This document shows, one piece after another, positions 1 through 12,137 of a stretch of 64,000 nucleotides of DNA (the stretch's first letter is position 1; the number at the start of each line of letters is the position of its first letter). Origin of the DNA: Entomortierella parvispora E1425. Lineage: Eukaryota > Fungi > Mortierellomycota. The DNA lies in assembly GCA_020891255.1 (NCBI GenBank), contig BQFW01000007.1, positions 682,001 to 746,000 on the forward strand, read 5' to 3'. The translations under genes were made by a program, and so were the position numbers. A model generated the notes under the pieces. It did not search any database. It worked only from the letters and a program-made list of their open reading frames with translations, and was not told the DNA's origin.

Positions 1-2
1 GC

Positions 3-1017
3 GACCCTCTTATCGAGTTCATCAAGGGTCTGCTTCTTACACCGTTCATCCTCCATGCCAAGCCTCGCAAGCCTGTCTTGAACTCTCCTGTCGGCGGAGG
101 TCCCGATCTGCCCGAGGAAAGGAACGACTATCAAGAGGAGGACAAGCCCATGGTGGATGCCAACCTCCAACGTTATCTCGAAATTATGAAGTCTGTTGAG
201 GTCATGATCGAAGAGCACCGACGCAAGGCTCTCAAGGGCGTGCCAGAGCACTCGCGTCTCCACCGCATCGTGCCCTCGGTCGCGTCGTTCTTTACTCCGT
301 TGCCCCTTGAGGCTGCATTCTTGGATGCGAATGCCAAACATTCAATTGCAGCTCGGCGGTTTGTTCCCCCCAGTTTCAACGACATTCGAAGGTAAAGCAA
401 GAATGAACCCCCAAGGGATCGAGGCTTATTGTGATACCAGCATGAGATGTGTGATAAGGTGGGAAAATATCCCCCGAGATTCAGAACACTAACTTGATCT
501 GCACCCTTGTTCCCCCTCGTGTGACGCCATCCCTTTTAGGATCCTGAACACGGCTCAAGTCATGGCGATTGCTCCCACGATCAACCTGATCACCTTGTAA
601 GTTGGATTGCCAAGGACATACATCTATATTCCCAGCATCTGGTCATCTAACCTGCCTCCTCTTCAACCACAGCGATGGAGATATGACTCTCTATGACGAT
701 GGCACGTCCTTCACCGACAACTCACCCCTGATCCCCCTCTTGATCACCTTGATGCGTGCTGGTCTCCGAGTTGCCATTGTGACCGCAGCAGGTTACCCTG
801 GCGATGCTAGCAAGTATGAAGAGCGCCTCACAGGTCTCCTTCGTAGTTTTGGAAACCAACAGTTGTCCGAGAAGCTGCTCGAAAGATTCTATGTTCTCGG
901 AGGCGAGTGCAACTACCTCTTCCGTTGCGGATGGAAGCAAACTGAGTCTGGCTCTGCCGTTGTTGGTCTTACTTATATTGAACCCGAGTAAGTTTCGAGA
1001 GATGGGACGTTAATCCA

Positions 1018-1052
<35 letters not shown>

Positions 1053-1710
1053 GAGAACATCATTCTATGTTTGAGAAACTAACATTCTTTTGAATGGCCA
1101 TTTAGGGCGTACCAACCTGCCGACATGCTTGCTTGGAAACACGAGGAGATTCAAGAGCTCTTGGATGTTGCAGAAGAAAACCTGAAGCGTAATGTGGCAG
1201 CCATGAACTTGAAGGCTATGATTCTCCGCAAGTCTCGCGCTGTGGGAATTGTGCCCACCAACAATGGCAAGATCGCACGCGAGCAATTGGACGAATGTGT
1301 GCTTTCGACCCAACAGCGCTTGCTCGAATACCAGCAAATGTCTGGACCTTCCAAGATCGCCATCCCATTCTGTGTCTTCAACGGCGGAAACGATGTCTTT
1401 GTCGACATGTAAGTGATGCCTGATTGATTTCGAAGAGACACGCTGCTGAGCAAACCCCCGATCCTTACAAAGACCTTTTTTATTTTTTATTTTCAATAGT
1501 GGTAACAAGCTGATCGGAGTCCAGGTTCTCCAGAACTACCTTGGAGCGGCGCCAGACGCCACTATCCATGTGGGTGATCAGTTCTTGTCGACCGGAAACG
1601 ACTTTGCAACTCGCTCGAGCTGCTGCACCCTCTGGATCGTCAACCCCGAAGAGACGCAGGACGTATTGAAGGAGTTGACTCCTCTCTTGAAATTCCCCGC
1701 CGAGGAATAA
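3..1710 (+). CDS. ISN1: IMP-specific 5'-nucleotidase (HAD family), 5'-partial, 5 exons
   Basis: Open frame from position 3 (DPLIEFIKGLLLTPFILH). Spliced HAD motif I LITF-DGDMTLYDDG, then IVTAAGYP, LGGECNYLF, PFCVFNGGNDVFVD and HVGDQFLSTGNDFATR. GT-AG introns at about 392-539, 597-672, 988-1104 and 1409-1499; stop TAA at 1708-1710. Confidence 0.9.
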
Positions 1711-1896
1711 GTCAATGTCCATATTTCCATGATGTAGGCGCGTTTGAAGAAACAAAAAAAAATAGAAATCACCCTATCTAAATAATACTATGTCCTTGAC
1801 AGAATAAGGTCCAAGTGTGAAAGTTATCCAAGAGATCACAGATTGTCTTTCTCCCACCCCTTGCTCTTTTTTAAATATCCCTACTCTTAACAAAGC

Positions 1897-2459
1897 ATGC
1901 CCGATCCCCTCGCAGCCTCGATCAGACTATCAACGACCAAGGCAGCCCTAGAAGCCTCCGAGTTTGGAAACATGCCCGAAAAAGACGAAAAAGAGCTCGA
2001 GATCAAGGACAATGACCACAAAAAAAGTCAGACCAAGCGAGAAGAAAGACACTTGGTCAAGGATCCGAATTACGTTCTTAAGGCCTACTATGATGCTGGA
2101 GTCCAGCGAGAGGAAGTGCCAAAGAAATCGTCAATGACAGAAGACGATGAGGACAATCTGGAGGATAGTTTGGATGAGGATGGGTCGGATACGTCAGTGG
2201 CTACGACAAGGGATCACCCAAGACACCAGAAGCAGAGACATTAGAACAACCTCAAAATACTCTGAAGTTGGAACCTCTCCAAAACACGAAGGAGGATTTC
2301 CGCGACTACAAAGATGAGAAGGAGAGGAAGGAGGTCTGGATGAGTGTGTATGAGACCTTGACTGGCCTCAACATGGATCGAATCCGCGAATTGGCCGATC
2401 GGCAGCAAAAGAAGATCAATGCGGAAAAGAACGACAAGCAGTGGAAGGATGAACTATAA
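1897..2459 (+). CDS. hypothetical charged protein, two adjacent ORFs probably joined by an intron or frameshift; ends in KDEL
   Basis: ORFs 1897-2244 and 2268-2459 are both hydrophilic and protein-like but in different frames. A weak GT donor at 2168 with the AG ending at 2244 would join them in frame. Confidence 0.45.
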
Positions 2460-2757
2460 AAAGCATCCTCCACCTCTCTCATAAAACAAGCAATTGTATG
2501 GGGTTACCATTTGTTGGCTGGAGGTCCTTTGCAAGTATGTTTCTTCACGGGACCCTTTTTTTATTTTTGGGATGAGACGTGAGACGCGACGCGATTTTTT
2601 TTTTTTTCTCCCTTTGAATCCAATGAAACCTCTACACCCCGGACTGTCTCGCCTCCAGAATTTCTAGCGACAACCACTCTCTGTAGCCATTTTATTCTAT
2701 CTCTCCACCTTTCCCCACACATCAAAGAACCACTACGTAAAACATCCCTCCTCCTCT

Positions 2758-4608
2758 ATGCAAATCCAACAAATGAAGCCCCAACAGCCCCAAAGGCGCC
2801 TGTACTCGTTGACTGCCGTCCTGACTCTTCTCTTCTTGGCACTACCAACAACAAATAACCTCCAATACGATGGATCGGTGGCAGTAGGACATGGACAGAG
2901 AGGTGGAGGGGGGATGGTAGCTGCCACCTCAGCTACAACGGGAGAAAAGCCCTCCGTCAACAATAACCCATACTCAATCTTGAACAGAGTCGCTGTTGCC
3001 TATTCTGGACAATCCACCCCCCACTCGTCCGTTGGTACTGGATCCCATCAAAAACTTACCGCGGCAGAATCCAAGGCGGGTCGGATAAAGAAACGATCGG
3101 CCTCAGAAGTAGACGCAAAGGAAGCGCAACAGCAAAAGAAACTCTTCTCTGCCTACGAGGCCATTGTCAATTCGGAAAGTCAGATCCCCATGTTCTTGCA
3201 CCAAAGAAAACAGCCTACCAAGAAACACGCACAAACGCCAGCAAAACAGGCCGCGACCGCTGTAGCAGCCGCAAAGACGAACAGCAGCGAGAAATTAAAA
3301 AAGCAAGACAATCAAAAAAACGCCACCCAAAAGAAGAAAGTCAAGGGAGGCAACAAAAAGAAAGGAAACGCGAGCTCGACTGAGAAAACGGCCTTGCCCG
3401 ATGCGTCGTGGGATCGACCTCAGCGGAAAATTCGCTCGGAACAAGAACCGACTGTCGCGGCTGTAGAAGAGGCACCGACGCTCAAGACCCTCTTTGATAA
3501 TGTCTTTGGTGGACCCAATGCCGAAACTGCGGACGCCAAGGCCGTAGAGGAAGAACTGAAGGAGGACTCCAGTCACACAAAGGATCCCATCATCCCGGCG
3601 TCCGTGGGTGAACATATTGTTGAGGATCTGTCAAAGCTTATGAATGTCGAGTCCGTTACGGATGCCAAGGCCGCCGTGGAGGCTTTGGCAGCAGCTGCAA
3701 AAGAAATGTATCACCATCCTCAGCCCGAGTCAGGAGCAGTTCATCACGCAATCGAGCACCTTACTGAAGCCGTTGCTGCTGCTGCCGCTGCAGCAGAGAG
3801 CGCCGTCTCAACTCTGACAGAAAAGGCGCAGGAGGGTCTGGCTGCTCCCATGTCTTCTCATCCTGAAGAATCCAAGGAGGCGAATGAGTCGGTAGCCTCG
3901 ACAGACAAGAAGGGCACCGTTGTCATCAACGATCAGGAATATGAGCATCATCATGCTGAGCATGAAGAAGAAGACCGCGTGGGTGTTTATGATACAGACA
4001 ACCAGCGACAACAATACTATCCCCATCAGAAGGGACATGCTCTGCAGGACAGCAATGACTTCTTGGCCCATTATATGCACAGAGCTGATCCAATGGCGAC
4101 TTTTTGGAAAAGGGTCCTGACTACTTCCGCGATCGTCCTCTCTGCATTCATGGGTATTTTGCTCGTCATCTCTTACAAGATGTACAGACGCAACCTTCGT
4201 CTGGAAGCTCGATTTGGTGACGAGTCCAATGGCACAGTGGCCACGTCCCCTCTGGCGTTCTTCCACTACATCACCTTGGGCATCTTTGCCTGGCCCGCGG
4301 CTTTTTCTAGCTCTATCCAATTTCCATCCCCGTCATCTCTTTCAAGATCTGGATCTGGCACCTCCTCTTCCGCTGCTTCTGCAACTACAAAAGTCAGGAG
4401 AAGAAGCAGCCTTGGTCTTTTGGTTGGCGGATCCGAGAAAAGTCTGCTGCCTGAGCCTGTGGTTGCAAAGTCCTCGTCTTCAGCAGCTGTGAACAGTGGT
4501 GGTGGACCCATGCCCGCGATCCGAAGGACATCAGCCTCAATCCATATGCCGCATCTGGAGCAAACCCAGGAACAGTTTCAAAACCAAAACCAAGGCTACT
4601 CAAGTTGA
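2758..4608 (+). CDS. hypothetical type I membrane protein (signal/anchor, Lys- and Ala/Glu-rich ectodomain, TM helix, Ser-rich tail)
   Basis: 616-aa uninterrupted ORF with a hydrophobic N-terminal segment (LYSLTAVLTLLFLAL) and a TM segment (VLTTSAIVLSAFMGILLVISY). No family recognised. Confidence 0.7.
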   Translation: MQIQQMKPQQPQRRLYSLTAVLTLLFLALPTTNNLQYDGSVAVGHGQRGGGGMVAATSATTGEKPSVNNNPYSILNRVAVAYSGQSTPHSSVGTGSHQKLTAAESKAGRIKKRSASEVDAKEAQQQKKLFSAYEAIVNSESQIPMFLHQRKQPTKKHAQTPAKQAATAVAAAKTNSSEKLKKQDNQKNATQKKKVKGGNKKKGNASSTEKTALPDASWDRPQRKIRSEQEPTVAAVEEAPTLKTLFDNVFGGPNAETADAKAVEEELKEDSSHTKDPIIPASVGEHIVEDLSKLMNVESVTDAKAAVEALAAAAKEMYHHPQPESGAVHHAIEHLTEAVAAAAAAAESAVSTLTEKAQEGLAAPMSSHPEESKEANESVASTDKKGTVVINDQEYEHHHAEHEEEDRVGVYDTDNQRQQYYPHQKGHALQDSNDFLAHYMHRADPMATFWKRVLTTSAIVLSAFMGILLVISYKMYRRNLRLEARFGDESNGTVATSPLAFFHYITLGIFAWPAAFSSSIQFPSPSSLSRSGSGTSSSAASATTKVRRRSSLGLLVGGSEKSLLPEPVVAKSSSSAAVNSGGGPMPAIRRTSASIHMPHLEQTQEQFQNQNQGYSS

Positions 4609-4787
4609 ATAATAAAACGACAGAGAAATAGCGAGCGATAAAAAAAAAGGTGTTTATGATAAAATTTGAGAGAGGAGTGTAGTGGAGATGTGTATGTAAC
4701 TTGAGGACTGAGATTTCAGTCATCAAGGTGCGGGTCAGGTAGGTTACTCGAGGTGCGGGTTAACAACAAGTAGGTGGCGGGGAATAT

Positions 4788-5462
4788 TTAGTGGGCGTGG
4801 CTGTCCTCCTCCTCCTCCTCAACCTCCTCTTCCTCCTCCTCCTCAAGGACAGCCTCGGTGGCAGCCTCGGCGATCTCGACGTTGGCGGTCTCCCAGGCAG
4901 AGAGCTCGGCGGCGGCATCGAAAGCGGGGGCCTACCAAAAATAACGAAAGGTGCCATTTGTCAAGATGTTGCGATTGGACAAATTGGTGACATCACATAT
5001 CTCCCAGTGTCAATACAGGTCAGAATAAAAAACTATGTATTACCAGGGGGGCAACGGGAGCCTTGAAGTCCTTGATGGAGGAGGTGTCAACGACAAGGTC
5101 CTAAGTCATGCCAATCCAAGGTAGAGAATAGCAATTGCAGAAGGCTCCATTAGTTTGATGAACGGTGGCAAATCGTACAAGTACTGGTTCCTGTCCTTAT
5201 TGCTCCTGTGTCTTCTTTACCTTCTGGGAGGGCTTGTAGTTCTTGAGCTCCTTGATGTACAACTCCTTGAGGATATCTATATCCATGTATACAACAAATG
5301 TTCAGTATGTCTGCTTGGGCTGTATATTGGACATTACAGCCAAGCTGTATTGATTTCCATTGCAGGCATACCGTTCATGACGGGGGCAGAGGGGGCAGTG
5401 AAGCTGCGGACGGCCATGAAGGAGACGGCGGGGCGAGCGGCAACAGCGCGGGCAGCGGGGAT
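4788..5462 (-). CDS. ATP14: mitochondrial F1Fo ATP synthase subunit h (start exon upstream of 5462 not resolved)
   Basis: Spliced product IPAARAVAARPAVSFMAVRSFTAPSAPVMN-DILKELYIKELKNYKPSQK-DLVVDTSSIKDFKAPVAP-APAFDAAAELSAWE...EEEEEVEEEEDSHAH*. It has an Arg/Ala presequence, the subunit-h-type LYIKELKNYKP motif and an acidic tail, with three GT-AG introns. Confidence 0.8.
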
Positions 5463-6288
5463 CTATCATCAATACCAAGTTAGCCAGCGATCATTGACGA
5501 TATCAATTATACACGCGACTGTGTCGTCTTTGGTTGCGAGTAGTTCGAAGCTTTAGTCCAATTCAGAAAAGGGACTCCATGGATGGATGAACATTGGTGA
5601 AATGGCTGACAGGTGAGCCAAGATTGAATTTTGTGAAGAACCATTCGAAGTCGAAAAGTGAAATGAGCGTAGGGATAGATCCAGCCGAATCCAGCACAAA
5701 TGGCCATCACAGCTTATCTATATTTCTTTGTCCGACGGTGCGATCCTTTCCAGTAATGTTGGCAGCGTCATGGATCCAGTCTTTCTTCTAACCGAAGATC
5801 TATTGTCGAACATGCAGTGTTCCTGAGAGAGGTCGAATGTCGGGGGAATGAATCAAGGTCGGTCCATCTGGGGAGAGTGGTTGGGGGTGAGGGGAATGAT
5901 CAGACTGGAGTAGAGGACAGAGAGAGGGGTCCTTACAGCAAGACGAGCGAACATGGCTGAGGATGGGATGCGGGGTGATGGTGGGGATCAAAAGAAGAGG
6001 AAGGAGAGAATCAAAAGAAAGGGCCCTTTGGATGCATTGATTCGCTTCGATTCACCGCTCGATTCGCTCGTGGCGGACATCCCTCCCGTCCTCCCCGATG
6101 GTGTTCTGTTTGGAAGTGCGGGTGGCGGTCACTTAGCGAGGGCGTGCTATTCGCATATGCAAATAAAGAGGGTTCACGCATGTAGATCGCAGTCACGTTG
6201 CAGGATCCTCTTTCCATGCTCCCTTTGCACACGCGCACAGCCCGCGCCTTCCTTCTCTCTTCTCTCTCCGCATCCATTCCTGCATCTC

Positions 6289-7536
6289 ATGACATCTACC
6301 TCCACTTCTCCACTACGTGACCTCTTCAGGTCGAATCCACCCAAAGGCACTGACCCTGCTAGCCACCAGGACTTTGGCTCTCCGTCACGCCTTCAAAAGC
6401 TCCTTCTCAGAAACAAACCGACCAGTGCAGATCAGGACTATACAAAACTATCATCCACAACGGCACAGCCAAGATCGATTCTCTACAATTTTATCATGGC
6501 CCCGGGGACCAGTACAACAGCCAAAGTTCAAAAGCAGCCACTACCATCGCAACAATCATCCATGCTACTTCCACCCCTGTCTCTGCTTCCTAATGCGACG
6601 TCTTCAAAAGTGTCAGGGGTAGAAAAGACAAAGCAATCAAAGTCAGGGCTTTTTACAAAAGCAAGAAAGGAACCGGTCGCTGGAGCTGGAATGCCATTGA
6701 CAAGCGTTAAATCTAACGTCTCTTCAAAGAACAGGAAACCGTCAGTAGCACCCGATAAGCCTGTAATTGCCTCGCGTCCGTGGGGAATGTGGGCAAGTGG
6801 GGGAAGTGGCGAGGCAACACCGCACGTCACAATCAGCAATTCAGAAAATGTCAAAAAGACAAAGGACAGTGGAGCCAGACGGATATGGAGGTCAATGTCA
6901 CCAAGTCGCTCAGACGAGAATATCCACAGCAGGGATGAAATTGATGAGACCACAAAAAAGAAGAAAAGCAAGTTTCTCAAGTCCGGTTGGTCGTCGTCAC
7001 AAACGAAGAGTCCCGCCGCGAGATTGGAAAAATATGAACAGGAGCAACAGCATCATCAAATCATGCTACACCCATCTTCTAATATTAGCAGTCGTTCTGT
7101 TGCACACTCTCGTAGTCTTCAGCACGTTGACGGGCAGGAACAGCAACGCACGGTGGTCTATTCTGGACAAACACAATGCAATCACTCCTGTCAACTGTCA
7201 CCACAGAAACAGACACCTTCACGATTCAATGTCACGATTGCTGTACATGACATCTTTGGAGTTGGCAAGGTGACAGAGATGATGCTGGCTTTGTTCCTAG
7301 CGCATGATGCATTCTTGTGTCGAAGACCTTTTTGGCTACAATGCTCAATCTTGGCTTGGGAGGCCGTTGTGGTGGTGATGGTGATTTGGATGCTAATGAT
7401 GGCTATCTGGACCCTCATGCGAGTTGTCGGCGTAGCCGAGATTGTGGTGCAGGGAGCAGATGACCTGGTACGAGGAACCTTATCCGTGCTACGTCAATTT
7501 GCGCAAGCCATCCGTCTGTTACTTTTCTCGATGTAG
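6289..7536 (+). CDS. hypothetical protein, Ser/Lys/Pro-rich disordered body with hydrophobic C-terminal helices
   Basis: Part of the 527-aa ORF. The first ATG after the pyrimidine-rich leader is at 6289, and the C-terminus carries two hydrophobic stretches. Confidence 0.6.
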   Translation: MTSTSTSPLRDLFRSNPPKGTDPASHQDFGSPSRLQKLLLRNKPTSADQDYTKLSSTTAQPRSILYNFIMAPGTSTTAKVQKQPLPSQQSSMLLPPLSLLPNATSSKVSGVEKTKQSKSGLFTKARKEPVAGAGMPLTSVKSNVSSKNRKPSVAPDKPVIASRPWGMWASGGSGEATPHVTISNSENVKKTKDSGARRIWRSMSPSRSDENIHSRDEIDETTKKKKSKFLKSGWSSSQTKSPAARLEKYEQEQQHHQIMLHPSSNISSRSVAHSRSLQHVDGQEQQRTVVYSGQTQCNHSCQLSPQKQTPSRFNVTIAVHDIFGVGKVTEMMLALFLAHDAFLCRRPFWLQCSILAWEAVVVVMVIWMLMMAIWTLMRVVGVAEIVVQGADDLVRGTLSVLRQFAQAIRLLLFSM

Positions 7537-8187
7537 CGTAGCCCTTCAAGTGCATTACATCAAAATTAATAATATACCCGTATGCCAAAACACTACCAAC
7601 TACCCAACAGTCAGAAGAGAGTGGCTGGGACCATGTGGAGGCAGCGACGAAGACGAATGGCGAAAAGCAAGGCCGCGGTTATCTCCCTGTGTCTACAGGA
7701 TGTCTGTCTGTGCGAGGCAGAACAACAATTAGAGTGCAGCCAGGGACACCACTGCGCTCGGCGGACAAGGCACGCGGCTGAACGGATCACCCTTGTTCGA
7801 CTCGACAGTGCACCTGCTACCAAGCGAGGTCCCTTTAAGGCTTTATACACTCGCCTCCTCTTCTTCTCATTCCATTCTTCCTCATTCACCTCCTGATTCA
7901 TTGCATTCCCCATCGCTGAAAATAGGCCACTCGGAACGAAACGTGCCCGCCACCCCCTATTCCGACCAAAATCACCTTCTCGACCACTCGTCATCACCTC
8001 CGGTGCCACAGTTCGGGCTTTTCTGGCTGTCTAGCTGACCTCTTCTTTTCTTCTTTATCCTCATCGACCCTCTCGCCCGTGGATGAACGTACCCCGTCCC
8101 TCTGCTTCACTTCCTTTCTTTTCTCTTCCCAGGGCAAAACCCCATCTCTTCACAACAGCCTCCACTCCACTACTTTTTTGATACCTC

Positions 8188-9924
8188 ATGTTGTCAATAT
8201 CACAAGGGACAGCCCCTGCACTAGACCAACAGTCGAATAACACCCACTCGGTGGTCAGAACGCACTACGACGATGACAGCGATGACGAGAATGATACCCA
8301 TGGATCCCCACGTCGCCGCACAAACGGGGAGCGGACACCGTTGATGGGAACACCTGTAGCCGGAGGCACCAGACTGCTGCAGGACAGTCGAGATCATAGC
8401 TTGCACACGTTACACTTCCCTGAATCAAGCACTGGATCAAGAACAGGGACAGGACATGTTGCATTGCCAACATCGACAATAGTACCGGTGAGAACCAACC
8501 CCGAGGACCTCGACAGCGAAGGAGGTGACTGGAAAGACTGGATGGTGAGGAACGGCGTTCACCCTCGGACGTGGACGGGACAGACATATCTCAAGGCTGG
8601 GCTATTGTCCATCCTTCTGACGCTGGTTATTTTGGCCTTCACGGTCTTTCGAGTGCAGGATCATATCAAGGATATTCTCCAGTGAGTATTTCCAAGCGTG
8701 CTGCGAAGGACTTTCAAAAAAATGACATCACTCTCTCTTTTTGGATGACAACTGACATACTTGCTTCCATTTGCTGGCAATAGCTACATTGACGATCATA
8801 AGAGCATTGGCGCAGTGTTGTTTGTAACGTTTTACACAGTGGCATGCTGGCTGTTCCTCCCTGGGTCCCTGTTCACCATTGGAGCTGGGTTCTTGTTTAA
8901 ACCGATGCCGTTCGCGCTAGCAATTGTGTTGTTGGGCGATATTTTGGGCGCACTGGGCTCGTTCCTCTTTGGACGATACATCTTTTACGACTGGGTCAAA
9001 GGAATGATGTCCAAGCATCCAAAGTTTGGAGCCCTGGATCAGGTCATTCAGGACGACGGTATGTGCACCATCATCTATTTACTTGCGCAAGTATCAACGT
9101 CCCCTGACCCCTGTTCTTGCTAACCTATTTTTTTGTCTCTACTCTGTTATCTTCGAACGGGAATAGGCTGGAAGATCGTAGTCATGTTGCGGTTGACGCC
9201 CATTCCTTTCAACTTGATCACCTACTTTTTCTCCATCACCTCGATTCGCTTGACGACCTTAATCTGGGCAACCGCCTTGGGAGTCTTTCCAGGATCCTGT
9301 CTCGGGATCTGGATCGGATCTTTGCTCAAGGGACTCTCAGGAATCGACGACCCCGAACTGGAGACGAGACATGTGGTGATATTGATCATGAACGGAGTCT
9401 TTATCGTCTGCTCCATCCTGACACTCTCCCTCTTTGGAAAACGATCCATGAGAAAGGCAATGGCGCAGCTGGATCGACACCAACAGATTGAAGCGGCGGC
9501 GGCGGCATCTCTAGAGCAGCATCAACGACAACTCCAGTTGCTACAGGAACAAGGCACATATGGTGCAGAAGGTTCCACCACAGCTACTGATGTTGCTGTT
9601 GCCGTCAGACCTTCATCTTCCTCTATCTCTTCACTTGAATCTGAGACTGTGGTGTCCACGACACCAAACTTGCATGCTGTCAAGAAGATTGGAACGGACC
9701 CCTCGACCACCACTACAGGGTCGCTTTCTGAGGCTGAGACAGAGACGGATGGTCTACTTCATAGATCTGACCCTGAAGCTGGTGCCAGGACAGTCCCGAC
9801 TGGAACTTCCTCAGGGTTCACTCGCGGCGAACAATGGACGTTCGTAGGAATCGCTATTGCCGCAGTCATCAACATTTGTGTCTGCATTCCACTGTACTTT
9901 CACTTTAAAGACCAGTTGGCGTAA
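8188..9924 (+). CDS. TVP38: TVP38/TMEM64 (SNARE-associated, VTT/DedA) family membrane protein, 3 exons
   Basis: Motifs LFLPGSLFTIGAGFLF, GALGSFLFGRY and IVVMLRLTPIPFNLITYFFSIT. Introns at about 8682-8779 and 9060-9167. Confidence 0.85.
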
Positions 9925-10203
9925 CAGGACGAGAGCACTATGACATGACTGAAGATGTTTTGATGCTTGCCTTTGCCTCTCTTCAATAAAAATACAAATT
10001 AAAGCCAGCCTCAGCCTTCCGGTACGTTTTTGCATGCACTGGGCTACATCTTCCAAGAAATTTATATTGAAGCTGTCAAGATCTGGAGACAGAACGGCTC
10101 CCAGTCTAGGCAAGATATGCTTTTTATACTTTCTTTGCCCTCTACTCCTTTAAGGGCATCGTCCTATAGGTATGATATGGAGGAGGGGAGATTGGTCCTT
10201 GGC

Positions 10204-11510
10204 TTATTCCAAGAACATCATGGTAGCAACTTCCGGGTTCTTTTGGTGGCCATCCTTAGTAGCCTTCCACAGACGCGCGATCGCCTCATAAGTCCAGTCA
10301 AACTCGACTTCGGGGGTTGTAAATAACAACGAATCTTCTACCACTTGATCTTTCAATTGCTGTCTATCTTCCATCGCATTCTTGGCTGGCACCGGCTCCT
10401 CGACTTGGGTGACATTGCGGAGCCCGCAGGCTGCTGATTGAATTGGTTTTCTAGGTGGCATACGAGATTCTGCCAAGTCAAAGATTAACCGCGCACTGTA
10501 ATGGCGAGATAAGATATGAATAGTCCTGACGGCTGCGTATCGCTCCATATGGTTGTCGCTCTCAAACCCTCCCACTTTGTCTTTCAACTGCGACAACGTT
10601 ACATGCGAGACGCCCTCACAGGTCAAAAGAGACCTAGCATCCTCCCGCAGAGCTTGGGTCCGCTGCACAAACCCATTCTCTTCCAACGCCTGTCGCACAG
10701 GGTCTGGTGAATACTTGAGCAGATAGGGGAAAATGGCCATTGCCTTTTCCAACTCCCGGAGGCGATACCTGAGCAGGAGCTGGGGCTCGCTCTCCTCAGT
10801 CCAGGTTCTTGAGCGGTACTTTGACGTCATGTCCATATTCCTGAGTTCTTCTTGGAGTTTCCTTTCTTCAGGAGAAAGGGATAGGTCCGGGTATCTTTTC
10901 TCGTCCTCTTCTTGCTCCTTGAGCCTTTTCTTTTCTTCTTCAAACTCCTCGTCCGTCAGTTCCACCGAATAGTGGAATTCATCCATCATCAGCAAAGGCT
11001 GAACAAGCGGCTCAAGGACAGGTTGTAGAAAATCATACGTCTTCTTGACCTGAAGACTGGCATGGACATAGTTTCGAACACTGTCCAGGTGGTCCAGGGC
11101 AGGTTCGAGGATACTAAGGCAATGGGTGGACACTGCCTTTTTCGAAAACTGGCGGAATGCGACCCTGCCGTTCTGCCAGGATTTCTCACGCTGGTCCCTC
11201 CATTCAGGAACGTAGCGACTTGGATCAACCCATTTGGACGGGAGAGGGCCCGTCATTGCTTCCAGGTCTACATAAAAGAGGCAAAGGACGAGTGAAAGAG
11301 AGAAAGTTGTTTTTAAGTCATGTCAAAGGGTGTTCTTCCCGTCATATTTTGAAACATAGCTTCAATTGATCGCGTACCTGAATCCTTGATAAGACCCTTG
11401 GCACCAACAAAACCCGGTTCATCGTTCACTGGAGTGGGGGCAGCGGTTGCGCCCGTGCAAAGAATCGCCAGCGAGAGGAGGAGTAAAGGAGAGGTTTTGA
11501 GGATAACCAT
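10204..11510 (-). CDS. secreted hypothetical protein, 2 exons
   Basis: The signal-peptide exon 11510-11378 (MVILKTSPLLLLSLAILCTGATAAPTP) splices through GT-AG intron 11377-11268 in frame into the 350-aa ORF. Confidence 0.65.
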
Positions 11511-12137
11511 CGCTTTTGTCGTCAACGGAAAAGTTATTGTTGTCGTGTGAACTTGTAAATGAGAGACAGAGGTGCTTGAAAAAAAAAAAAAATGAAAGAG
11601 ATGGCAATGAAGTGAATGAGTCCGTCTCCATTCATGAAGATGAGGCGCGGGGCAGTTTTTCCGATGCTTTGCCGTTTTTGTTGCACAAAAACTCGTCTCA
11701 GTCATGAAGCATGGTGGGCTGAAGCTTTTGCTACTTGTAGTTCTTAAGAGGACGTGAACGGATGGGGGATTGTTGAAGGAACGGTGTGAATAACACTTCA
11801 GTGGCCTTCAGTGATGCAGGGGACGACAAGAAGGGAAAGAAAATGGGCCTCTACAGCGCTTGCATCTGGTTTCGCTTGAACGCAACCCTTGTCGATTTGC
11901 ATATTCAGGAACGAACACGAGCATTTGCATCAAAAGGCACTTCTCAGAGACTGCGGTCAGCACCTGCCTCGGTTGGAACGCATCCGCACACATGCATGCA
12001 TGCTCTTAGATGCTGCAGCGCATACAACACCAACAAACCAAAGGGTAAGAGACCTTAGTCAGGTCGCTCGGCATCTTTCAAATAAGTAATGACAAAACAA
12101 GCGTTACTATGATAGTTGATTTAAGGATACGAGAAAA

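Noticed and set aside
1019-1052. T-run followed directly by a long A-run in an ISN1 intron
   Set aside because: Simple homopolymer expansion typical of introns here; no TSD.
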